A DNA stretch of 64,000 nucleotides from Candidatus Endomicrobiellum roisinitermitis (lineage in GTDB: Bacteria > Elusimicrobiota > Endomicrobiia > Endomicrobiales > Endomicrobiaceae). The position numbers and the translations under genes were made by a program. Of the stretch, positions 1 through 8,883 are shown one piece after another. The stretch is from NCBI GenBank assembly GCA_031287855.1, contig JAITSL010000033.1, positions 1,163-65,162 on the forward strand, in the 5' to 3' direction. Numbering within the stretch: the stretch's first letter is position 1; the number at the start of each line of letters is the position of its first letter. The notes below the pieces were generated by a model. That model was not told the DNA's origin and did no database searches. It worked only from the letters and a program-made list of their open reading frames with translations.

Positions 1-2745
1 AATTGTACATGTTCCCCATACTACCCAACACTTCTTCTGCCTTCTCTAATCCCACCTTGGCTATCTCCTTTATCTTCCCCCTCATCGTAGGCTCTATCCC
101 ATACTCCCCCATCACATATCTCTCTAAATATTTCTCGTTCCTTACATTCCCTTCTTCATCATAAAATATCCCCCTCAACATCTCTATCCCTTTTATCTTC
201 CCTCCTTCTCCTTTTCCCACTTCCTCCTTGAACTTCTTCCCTAACCCCTTCTTTAACTTCCCTGCCAACTCATCTACTATCTCTTCATCTCTCCTTCCAC
301 TATAATATTCCCCCTTGACCACCTTCTCACTTATCTGTCCCAGCTCCTCCTTACTTATCCGCTCCCCTCCCACCATATCTATCACACCCATCAACTTACC
401 ACTTACCTTCTCCCCCAATAACTTACTTGCATACTCCTTTATCAATCCCTTCGTCTTTTCATCTAAATTCCCCAACATTTCACTTAAATTACTACCCATC
501 TTCTTTACTTCCTCCACCCCTACCCCTTTCAACTCCCCCAACTTCCCTGCTAATTCTTCAAAACTCCCTATCCCACTTAGCCCTTCTATCCCTCTTAACA
601 CCCCTAAATTCAATAGGTCTCCCAACTCCCCCATATCCCTCAATCCTATGCTCATCATCCCTAATATCTCTTCCCTATAATATCCCTCTATTATCCCTAC
701 TATTTCCCCTCCCAACTCCTTGCTACCCTCTATATATCTAAACAACCTTTCTACACTCTCTTGACTCCCGTCTAACCTTGCCACCTCTTCCATTAACCTT
801 TCCATCTCACTTTCTCCCTTCTCTACCAAACCCTTCTCTAATCCCTCTAGCTCTTTGCTATACTTGTCCCCTATCCCTTTCAGCTTCCCTACTATCTCTT
901 CTCTCTTCTTCCCTACCTCATCCCCTATCTTCTCTAGCTCTCCCATTATCCTCTCTATTTCTCCTTCTTTCTCCTTTAATATCTCCTCTTTCTTCTTTGC
1001 TGCTTCTACCCATCCTTGCGCTTTCTTTAAGCTTACTTCATACCCGTTATCCTTCAACTTCTTCTCTATCTTGCCTGCATTAACTCTCAACAGCTCTGCT
1101 GCTCTCTCCTTTATACCTCCTACTCCTATCCCTTCTCCTCCCAATCCTCCTCCTACTCCTTCTATCAATCCTAATACAAAACTCGGTACCTTCCCTTCTA
1201 ACCTCTTCCTTAACTCTACTACCACTTCTTCCTTTATATATTCCTTTACTATCCCTATTACTTTCCCTCTTATTTCTTTACCCTCTCCCAATTCCTTCAT
1301 CAACTCTTCCAATCCCTCCGCACTTCCATCATACCCCCCTATCTTCTCTTCCAACTCCTTACCCATTTCTTCCGTCCACCCACTTACTTCATTCATCCCT
1401 TCTCTCAACTTCTCCTTCAATTTCTCTATCTTCTCTTTAAATACCTTGCTCCCTTCATCCCTTATATCCCCTATCCCTCCTTCTCCTATCACCACTCCTA
1501 CCATCTCTTCCATCTTATTTACCACACTTGCCGGCATCACCTTCTTTAACTCCTCTTTCACCCTTCCCATCACTTCTACTCTTATATATCCCTTCACTAC
1601 TCCCATTATTTTCCCTTTTAGCTCGCTTCCCTCTATGTACCTTATTATCCCTTCTAACCCCTCTACGCTTCCATCATATCCCATCACCTTCTCTATTAAA
1701 CCATACGCTCCTACCACACCTATATCGTATTTCCTTTTTAATTCTTCTACTTCCTTTTTCAACTCCTCTTCTCTCTTCTTTATCCCTTTGACAAGCTCCT
1801 GGTACTTATTTACTATTTCCTCCGCCTCTTTCTCTCCCTTTCCACTCAACTCTTCTATTAACTTCCCTCTATTTTCTATCAACTCTTTCTCTTTCTTCCC
1901 TATTTCTTCAACCTTACTTGCCAACTCTTTCCATTCTTCTTCTCTTGGCCAAACTATTTTTAATGCCTTCCCTATCTTCCCTTTCAAGCCCTCTATGTTC
2001 TCTTTTACTGCTCTGCTTATTATCCCTCTTAACCCCTCACCCCTTAGTTCCTCTATGTCCATTTCCATCATCCTTTCTACCATCCCTCCTACCATCCCTA
2101 TCACTTCTTCCGGCACTTTCCCCTTCAATAAACCCTTGACTCTCCCTACCACTTCTTCCTTTATATACCCCTTGACTATCCCTATTATCTCCCCTCTCAT
2201 TTCTTTACTGCTCTCTAGCTCTCTTATCAGCCCTACCATCCCTTCAAAACTCCCATCTATCCTCTCCAGCTTCTCTACAAATATCCCAAACGGATTTCCT
2301 TTCAAAAATTTACCCCTCTCCTCTAGCTTCCCCTTCACCCCTCCTATCGCCGCTTCATATGCTCCTTCTACCTCCTTTATCCTCCTTTCTACATCCTTTA
2401 TCTGCTCCTCTATCTTACTCTTATCTCCTTCTTTACCTTCTAACCTCCCTCCCAACTCCTCTTTCTCTTTTTTCAACTCCTCTATCACTCCCTCCTTCTT
2501 CTTCCTTGCTTCCTCTTCTACCTTCACCGCTCCTATCCACCCTACCCAATCCTTATCCTCATACATCTTATACCCTCTCCTCTTTAGCTCCTCCTTCAAC
2601 TTCCCTATCCCTTCTTTAAATCCCTTCCCTATCAGCCCCTTTACATCGTACTTGCCTACCAATCCCTCTACACCTTCCTTCATAAAATCAGACAGCCCTT
2701 TTTTATCATCTGAAACATCTTTCCCAAGCAATCTCTGAAAGAGAG
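1..2745 (-). repeat. Cytosine-depleted, purine-loaded G/E/K/I/V-rich repetitive C-terminal region of the giant ORF
   Basis: The + strand is strongly pyrimidine-rich. By hand count the first 120 nt hold 8 G and 32 purines with about 46 percent GC, against 32 purines in 60 nt at 3001-3060. The switch falls within a few codons after the last hydrophobic segment (~2745). A ~40-aa motif recurs four times (see findings). Confidence 0.7.
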
Positions 2746-5700
2746 AAGAATTAAAAAATACTTGTAAAAAAGATATAGCTATAATAAACAACGGATTCAT
2801 ACTTGTAGTACCCAAAATTACAAGCGCCATTGGGACTAACATATTTACTATACCTTTAAAACCATCTTTAGGATTAAAATTAAGAGCTGAAGTTATAACG
2901 CTACCACCAAAACCACCAATTTGATATGAATTTATAACGCTAAACATTCCCAAATAGTTAGATGAGTTATTTTGCAAGTTGTTTGATGAATTATTAGTTT
3001 CAAGCTGCTGACTCGACAAAACAGATTTTGCCTTATTAAGATTGGCCAAAAACATTGAACTAACAGTTGTAGCTAACTGATATAACCTGCTTTGCTCAAA
3101 ACCGTAGGCAGGTCCGTTATATGCAGTTTTTCCAATCTCTAGAGCCTCTACTTCACCTTCCTTTGAAATTTTTGATAATAAATTCTTTAAACTGCCCCTG
3201 CCCCAACCTTTTACAGCAGATGATATTTTTTTTGACTCGTCAACACGATTAAATAAATCTTGAGGAGACGATGTCTGTAGTAATTTTTGCAAAACAAAAA
3301 TTGCTATAAATACAGGAAGCAACCACATAGCACCCATCAAACTTAAAAGAGGCATTACAATAAAAATAAATCCCGCACCAAGCTTACTTAAAGAAGGAAG
3401 TCCTTTTTTCTCACTAGTAGATGGCGCTACAATATTTAAAATAGTAAAAGCTAAACCATATATTCGACACGAATCTAAAAATTGTAAAACAACAAAACCA
3501 CCTCGTGATAGTACACTAGAATAATCTTTTTTTTTATGTTTTTTAGAATCAGTTACATCTTGTGAAAATATTGATGAGGTAGATATAGGATATTCAGCAT
3601 CGTTTGATAACAAATTTTTAAAAATAATATCTACCATTGTTTTAGCTTCAGAATTTTTGAATTCTACAAATTCATTATTTTCTGGAGCTTCAAGTGCTTT
3701 CATCCAACTCTCTAATTCTTCATCTGAAATTAACCCATTATTTTTAAGTTCAGTTAATGTATCCTCAAAATAACTTTGTATTGTAAAACCTTCTATAACC
3801 AAACCATATGATTCTCTATCTAACAACTTCTTATAAGACCTTTTATATTGACCACTACTAGAACCATACAATGAAGCAAAAACTCCAACCATAGCAAACA
3901 CCATACCAATTATAGGCATCGATGCAAGAGAAGATAATAAAATTATTGCAGCTATATGCACAGCAGCAAAAATCAATAATTTAACAATAAATTTCTTAAA
4001 AACCTTTTTATCAAATCCATTTTCAGCCAAATCTCGCAAGAAAGCAAGAATCATCACAATTTCACCACTAAAACTTAAAGCATAAGATGATACAAACTTG
4101 ACCACCAACGTAACAGTTCCAACTATTGAACCTAATGGCACAAAAAAATATACAACATAAAAAGTAACAACTAAAAGAACAAGCGCCATTAAAACAATTA
4201 CAGCTTTAAATTTTTGTTTAGGGTTCGTCAATCTTCCAAAATCTAGATTAAAAACTTTGCTAAGTAAGAAGCCAACTGCACTCTTAAAATTGCGCAAAAT
4301 TGACCCACTAGTGTCTATATAAATCTCTTCCATTAAATCTTGAACAGACTTTACTTCTTCCTTTAGTTCACCTTCTTTGAGTTTTAAATAATCTGAATTT
4401 AAAGCTTTACTAAATTCCAATAGAACAATCTTTGATTTTTCTTCAGAAATGTAATCATAATAAGTTGTTATGGCCTTGATTAAATCAACACTACCATTTT
4501 CAACATCCACAATATCTTTATTTTGCATATATTTAGGCAAATTAAGATTTTTACTATTAAAGCCAGGTTTTATGTCCAAAATTTTTGATATTGTAGGGAA
4601 TTTATTTTTGAAGTCTTCTATAGACAAGTTATAAAGATTTGGACCTTCTACAAACAAACTAAATAAATCTTGCCATTTTTGATCTGTCATAGCATCAATA
4701 GAAGATTCTTCTACTGTACTATCTAAAAGTGTTTGCTTTTTCAACAATAACACTTTTTCCATTGAATTTATTTTATCTGCTACTTTAGGTTGCGCTAATT
4801 CTATTTGTTTTTGCAATTTCTGTACTTCTGTTTCCTTCTCAAACATATTAAATTTTAAAGCAACAACTTGTATAAGTTTCTCTAAACGCTCTTTTCTTTT
4901 TATAAGTTGAGCTCTTTCATAAGATTGTTCTAAATCTAATGCCCGACCTTCAAACAGTTTTAATCTCTCAGTTAGCCTTAAAATTTCATTATTAACAAAT
5001 ATTATTCCACCTTCATTTTCTATTTGTTTTTCAAGAGTCTCTTTTAAAGATAACCGTAGCTCTGTGTTAAGTTTTTTTGTTTGTGTAGTTAAATCATCAA
5101 CTTTTATTGACAATGCTTTTACGTCATTTTGAAGTGTTTGTAAATTATTTAGATTACTAGTATTTTTGTCAATCTCACTACATATTGTTAAAGTAAAATA
5201 AGTAGCCGTTTTCAAATCCGTTTTTGTAACTGGATTCATTTGCAATAAAATATAAATTATTGATTCTCTTAAAGAAAAAGATGCTTTCTGCTCCGATTTT
5301 TCAAAACTAGAAGCATCTATATTTAACTTATCATTTACTCCAAAAACGTCTACTCCTAATGGATTAGACAACAAATAAAAACCTACATCCCTTGCAATTT
5401 TTTTTAATGCTTCTTCTCCTTTTTCTGTAGATATTGTTTGAAAACTTTCAGGCAGCAACAGTTTTATTTTGTTAAACTCACCTAAAACTATTTTTTGATA
5501 CAAAACTTCATTAAACAAATCTAAGTAAGAATTTACAGTTTTGCTATTTGCAATATTCTGCATACCTGCAACATCTATAATGTTTAAATCTAACATACGT
5601 TTTAACACTATTGCAGAAGATATAGGTAAAGCTTGGCTTAAAACATTTTGTAAATCTTCTCCTTTTTTAAACTTTTCAAATAAGTTTTCTTCTGTTTTAA

Positions 5701-8700
5701 TAATCAGAGCTTTTTTAAGACAATCCCACATAAAAGCAGAATTATTCTTTTCATAGCTCTTAGATTTAGCATCTATACCATCAACTATATCTCTTACAAA
5801 AGTTTTAATATCTAAATCTGTATTTTCTTTTTTAAAATAATTTAACAAATCATTTATTACAACTATATCTTTATACCCACTTGCATACACCCCAGTAATA
5901 TCAAAAGAATTACTTCTAAAAGTTAAAAAATCTGGAGCCTTTTCTAATTTTTTAGTTTTACCATCGTAAGAGTTTATGTCATCAGCTAATTGCTGGGCTA
6001 CATATTCATCAATAGTACCAAAACTCATTAATATAGCTTTTGTTATTACAGCCTGAGGGTTTAATTCATGAAACTCTTTTATTTTTTGAACTAAAAAACT
6101 GTCCTTAATATCTTTAAAAATATTGTTAAAATCATTCAAATCAGTCGACGAAAATCTTGAAAGTATATTTTTGATCTTAAAAGATAAGTTTCTTATTAAG
6201 TTTCTTATAATTACACAAAAAAAGTCAAACAAATCCATAATTGAAATAAACATACTTTCAATTAAAGGGGCACTTTTATGTATCCATTTTATTATATCAG
6301 AAGACTTTATATATGATTGGCGTCTCAATTCGTGACGTACAAAAACTTCTAATAAATTTTGATTTATTATGTTCCCATTTTCATCAAAAAATTTAGCTTT
6401 AAAAAAATCATAATTAATTGATATCACCCCTTCTTTAGACAACATTGAAATACTTTCATTGCCAGAAAAAGCCTCGCTAAAACCAGATATCTTTTTAATT
6501 AGTTCAGTTTCGTTTAAGTCTAACAGTATGCCTATGACTCTACTTTTATCAATATTTAAAGCTTCAGAAACAAACTTTTGTACTAAATCTAGTGGAAGAG
6601 CTTTGACTATCTTTTTAAAGATGACAACATTCTCTAAGCCATCAGGGATGTCAGTTTGACTAAGCGATTCTTTAGACAAAAAACTTTTCATATAAAACTG
6701 AAATCCGATAAATGGAATTGAACCTAAAACGATCAAAAGTGGAACTAAAAACCACAAAAAAGATGAAAGTGGAGAAAAAATAATAGCCATAACTAATGCT
6801 ACGCCTACAGCCATAGTGGTATAAAATCCTAACTTTCCTTTAAAATAGTCAATAATGGAATCAATCAAAGATTTTTGTTTGGTTTGTTGAGGTTGTGCTA
6901 TAATACTTTCCACAAAAGCTTGACCATCATATACATATTCTTTAACATTATTGTCTTTAGTAATAAAAAGCCGTACTTGGTTTAAATTATTTATATCGCC
7001 AGAAAGCTCAGCATTTATTCCTTCAGATTCAAAAGCTTTTAGTATTTGATTGATAACATCTAACTTGTACCCCTTCTGTGTTAAAATATCCACTGCTTCA
7101 ATAAACCTTTGCTCTGTTGTAACTTCAGACAAAGGTGATGTTGCAAGCGCCTGGAAAAGTATTTTACTTTGTTCCTTAGCTAAAGCATAATATGCATCTT
7201 GAGCTACCTTTATTCCACTCCCAACGTTTGGAGTTACAACTAAATAAGATACACCCTTACTAGATAACAACTCCGATACCCCTTGGGTATGAAAGCCCCC
7301 AGTAACTACTATATATATTTTTTTTGCATCTTTAAGAGACTTTACAACTTTATCAACAGAAGGCAATGAAATATTTTCCACTTGATTAATCTCTTCATTT
7401 AAACCATTAATATTATTTATAAAATAATTATTTCTATTAAGATTTACTTCATAAAATTGGTTTACTATCTTTTCATATCGTTCTAACATGTCAATCTTTT
7501 TATTATCAACATATTTAACCCAAAGTCTTTTAAATTTCTTTATATTATTTTTATAATACTTATAGTCATCAGATGTAATTTTACTAGTTAGATAATCCTT
7601 TAAATACTGCTCAAAAGTAACTAAAAATGCTACATCCTTTTGTCCCTCATCACTTCCAAGAGCTATACTGATTTCACCTTTCAAGTTTTTTTCTTCTTTT
7701 ACCATTTCCAAAGAATTAATTTTTTGACTCAACTCTATATAATTTAAAAATTTATTTAAATTAGGGAAAGCCTTGGATAAATCTAGACTGTTTTCTCTTG
7801 CAAGTTTAACTAAATATGTATACAACTTATCTGTTTCATTGAAGTTAGCTGTAGCATCAAGTAACATCTTATACACACCATATGGTAGCAACCCTCTCAA
7901 TTTTAAAATAAACTCTTTCAACTCACTAGTTGATTTATCATAATTTATTTCCCTTACCAATTTTAAAAGCGTAATATAAGTTTTTATATTCTCATATTTA
8001 TCTATATCTATACCAAAGCTATTGGCATATTTGTCCATAAGACGAAAATACTTTTCTGAACTCATTGTCAAAAATTCATATTCAGAGTAGATCTCTTCAG
8101 CCTTCTTTTGTTTACTATTGTAGTATAAAGATTTAAGATATTTTATATCGTCATACATGCTTGTTATTATATTCAAAATTTCTGGTTGATAGTTTAAAAT
8201 ATCTCCAAATCTTTTTAAGTTTTCCAAATAAGGTTCTTTGTTTTCTAAACCCTTTATCAAGTCTGTACGATTACTAATAGCAGAATAATACTCTGCACCT
8301 GTTAACATTCCAGTTGCAAAAATGGAATCTATTATTTTTTCGCCACTATTTTTTATTTTAATAAGCCAAGAAGTGTCTAATTGTCCATATGCACCTTCTA
8401 AATATACACTGTTTACTCCATAACTTTTATCAAAAGAAGATATAATATTACCTATATTTTTTTGCACCTGTGGATGCAAATGTAAATCTTGTATATTTAT
8501 TACTACAATATCACTACCTGTATAATTTGCATTTGTTATTTTCCCATAGGAATACGGTAAAGTGAAATCATCAAATATTTGTTTGTACTGCGCGCCTAAC
8601 CTTGTTTGTTCTAACACTTGAGCAACAGCTTGACCATAAACATAAGAAAGGAGGAAACAATTAACTAATACTATGGATATAATTTTTGCACAAGTTAGCT

Positions 8701-8785
8701 CCATCAAATATGGTTTAGCTTTTAACTTAACATTTGAAAATAAAAAAAACCATTTTAAAAGTCTTGTTTTAACCTCTTTTTTCAT
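1..8785 (-). CDS. Giant multi-pass membrane protein, 3' end beyond the window edge (2928 complete codons in window); absent from the supplied ORF track
   Basis: ATG at 8785-8783 with AAGAGG 9 nt upstream. Hand translation stays in one phase (first codon base = 1 mod 3) and reads as sensible peptide at every spot checked: 8785 MKKEVKTRLLKW; ~8480 INIQDLHLHPQVQK; ~7300 KIYIVVTGGFHTQGVSELL; ~7000 GINAELSGDINNLNQVRLFI; ~4250 SKVFNLDFGRLTNPKQKFKA; ~2750 VFFNSSLFQRLLGKDVSDDKKG; ~1690 and ~1340 repeat motifs; 22-2 SMGNMYN. No stop-delimited minus ORF is listed anywhere in 1-8871, as expected if one frame runs open to the edge. Hydrophobic clusters lie at roughly nt 8635-8705, 6700-6830, 3880-4200, 3290-3500 and 2760-2900. 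Full-length continuity was inferred from spot checks, not computed. Confidence 0.75.
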   Translation of the reverse strand, partial: MKKEVKTRLLKWFFLFSNVKLKAKPYLMELTCAKIISIVLVNCFLLSYVYGQAVAQVLEQTRLGAQYKQIFDDFTLPYSYGKITNANYTGSDIVVINIQDLHLHPQVQKNIGNIISSFDKSYGVNSVYLEGAYGQLDTSWLIKIKNSGEKIIDSIFATGMLTGAEYYSAISNRTDLIKGLENKEPYLENLKRFGDILNYQPEILNIITSMYDDIKYLKSLYYNSKQKKAEEIYSEYEFLTMSSEKYFRLMDKYANSFGIDIDKYENIKTYITLLKLVREINYDKSTSELKEFILKLRGLLPYGVYKMLLDATANFNETDKLYTYLVKLARENSLDLSKAFPNLNKFLNYIELSQKINSLEMVKEEKNLKGEISIALGSDEGQKDVAFLVTFEQYLKDYLTSKITSDDYKYYKNNIKKFKRLWVKYVDNKKIDMLERYEKIVNQFYEVNLNRNNYFINNINGLNEEINQVENISLPSVDKVVKSLKDAKKIYIVVTGGFHTQGVSELLSSKGVSYLVVTPNVGSGIKVAQDAYYALAKEQSKILFQALATSPLSEVTTEQRFIEAVDILTQKGYKLDVINQILKAFESEGINAELSGDINNLNQVRLFITKDNNVKEYVYDGQAFVESIIAQPQQTKQKSLIDSIIDYFKGKLGFYTTMAVGVALVMAIIFSPLSSFLWFLVPLLIVLGSIPFIGFQFYMKSFLSKESLSQTDIPDGLENVVIFKKIVKALPLDLVQKFVSEALNIDKSRVIGILLDLNETELIKKISGFSEAFSGNESISMLSKEGVISINYDFFKAKFFDENGNIINQNLLEVFVRHELRRQSYIKSSDIIKWIHKSAPLIESMFISIMDLFDFFCVIIRNLIRNLSFKIKNILSRFSSTDLNDFNNIFKDIKDSFLVQKIKEFHELNPQAVITKAILMSFGTIDEYVAQQLADDINSYDGKTKKLEKAPDFLTFRSNSFDITGVYASGYKDIVVINDLLNYFKKENTDLDIKTFVRDIVDGIDAKSKSYEKNNSAFMWDCLKKALIIKTEENLFEKFKKGEDLQNVLSQALPISSAIVLKRMLDLNIIDVAGMQNIANSKTVNSYLDLFNEVLYQKIVLGEFNKIKLLLPESFQTISTEKGEEALKKIARDVGFYLLSNPLGVDVFGVNDKLNIDASSFEKSEQKASFSLRESIIYILLQMNPVTKTDLKTATYFTLTICSEIDKNTSNLNNLQTLQNDVKALSIKVDDLTTQTKKLNTELRLSLKETLEKQIENEGGIIFVNNEILRLTERLKLFEGRALDLEQSYERAQLIKRKERLEKLIQVVALKFNMFEKETEVQKLQKQIELAQPKVADKINSMEKVLLLKKQTLLDSTVEESSIDAMTDQKWQDLFSLFVEGPNLYNLSIEDFKNKFPTISKILDIKPGFNSKNLNLPKYMQNKDIVDVENGSVDLIKAITTYYDYISEEKSKIVLLEFSKALNSDYLKLKEGELKEEVKSVQDLMEEIYIDTSGSILRNFKSAVGFLLSKVFNLDFGRLTNPKQKFKAVIVLMALVLLVVTFYVVYFFVPLGSIVGTVTLVVKFVSSYALSFSGEIVMILAFLRDLAENGFDKKVFKKFIVKLLIFAAVHIAAIILLSSLASMPIIGMVFAMVGVFASLYGSSSGQYKRSYKKLLDRESYGLVIEGFTIQSYFEDTLTELKNNGLISDEELESWMKALEAPENNEFVEFKNSEAKTMVDIIFKNLLSNDAEYPISTSSIFSQDVTDSKKHKKKDYSSVLSRGGFVVLQFLDSCRIYGLAFTILNIVAPSTSEKKGLPSLSKLGAGFIFIVMPLLSLMGAMWLLPVFIAIFVLQKLLQTSSPQDLFNRVDESKKISSAVKGWGRGSLKNLLSKISKEGEVEALEIGKTAYNGPAYGFEQSRLYQLATTVSSMFLANLNKAKSVLSSQQLETNNSSNNLQNNSSNYLGMFSVINSYQIGGFGGSVITSALNFNPKDGFKGIVNMLVPMALVILGTTSMNPLFIIAISFLQVFFNSSLFQRLLGKDVSDDKKGLSDFMKEGVEGLVGKYDVKGLIGKGFKEGIGKLKEELKRRGYKMYEDKDWVGWIGAVKVEEEARKKKEGVIEELKKEKEELGGRLEGKEGDKSKIEEQIKDVERRIKEVEGAYEAAIGGVKGKLEERGKFLKGNPFGIFVEKLERIDGSFEGMVGLIRELESSKEMRGEIIGIVKGYIKEEVVGRVKGLLKGKVPEEVIGMVGGMVERMMEMDIEELRGEGLRGIISRAVKENIEGLKGKIGKALKIVWPREEEWKELASKVEEIGKKEKELIENRGKLIEELSGKGEKEAEEIVNKYQELVKGIKKREEELKKEVEELKRKYDIGVVGAYGLIEKVMGYDGSVEGLEGIIRYIEGSELKGKIMGVVKGYIRVEVMGRVKEELKKVMPASVVNKMEEMVGVVIGEGGIGDIRDEGSKVFKEKIEKLKEKLREGMNEVSGWTEEMGKELEEKIGGYDGSAEGLEELMKELGEGKEIRGKVIGIVKEYIKEEVVVELRKRLEGKVPSFVLGLIEGVGGGLGGEGIGVGGIKERAAELLRVNAGKIEKKLKDNGYEVSLKKAQGWVEAAKKKEEILKEKEGEIERIMGELEKIGDEVGKKREEIVGKLKGIGDKYSKELEGLEKGLVEKGESEMERLMEEVARLDGSQESVERLFRYIEGSKELGGEIVGIIEGYYREEILGMMSIGLRDMGELGDLLNLGVLRGIEGLSGIGSFEELAGKLGELKGVGVEEVKKMGSNLSEMLGNLDEKTKGLIKEYASKLLGEKVSGKLMGVIDMVGGERISKEELGQISEKVVKGEYYSGRRDEEIVDELAGKLKKGLGKKFKEEVGKGEGGKIKGIEMLRGIFYDEEGNVRNEKYLERYVMGEYGIEPTMRGKIKEIAKVGLEKAEEVLGSMGNMYN

Positions 8786-8843
8786 GTGTTTAAACCTCTT
8801 CTCTTTTATTATTTATATTTTTCAAATTGTGTATATATAAAAT

Positions 8844-8883
8844 ATAACAACCTAGCTTTATAGTTATAAAGCTAGGTTGTTAT
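8844..8883 (-). terminator. Perfect 19-bp palindrome (ATAACAACCTAGCTTTATA gt TATAAAGCTAGGTTGTTAT); possible terminator of the upstream ORF or an operator in front of the giant gene
   Basis: Arms 8844-8862 and 8865-8883 are exact reverse complements. It overlaps the stop of ORF 8872-9441. On the minus strand it is followed by ATTTTATATAT. Its centre lies ~78 nt upstream of the giant-gene ATG. Confidence 0.4.

Noticed and set aside
315-2738. Plus-strand ORFs in the track (315-680, 427-741, 778-1083, 855-2738 with 627 aa, 1528-1791, 1918-2139, 2359-2619) encoding S/P/L/F/T low-complexity peptides
   Set aside because: The + strand here is pyrimidine-rich and therefore poor in TAA/TAG/TGA, so long open frames arise passively in several phases at once. 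The products are pure low complexity. The opposite strand carries one continuous frame with repeats, contiguous with an upstream gene that has an RBS and ATG. These are antisense artefacts of the giant ORF.
5541-6659. Small plus-strand ORFs 5541-5756, 6123-6335 and 6459-6659
   Set aside because: They lie antisense inside the giant minus-strand ORF, have no RBS and give no recognisable sequence.
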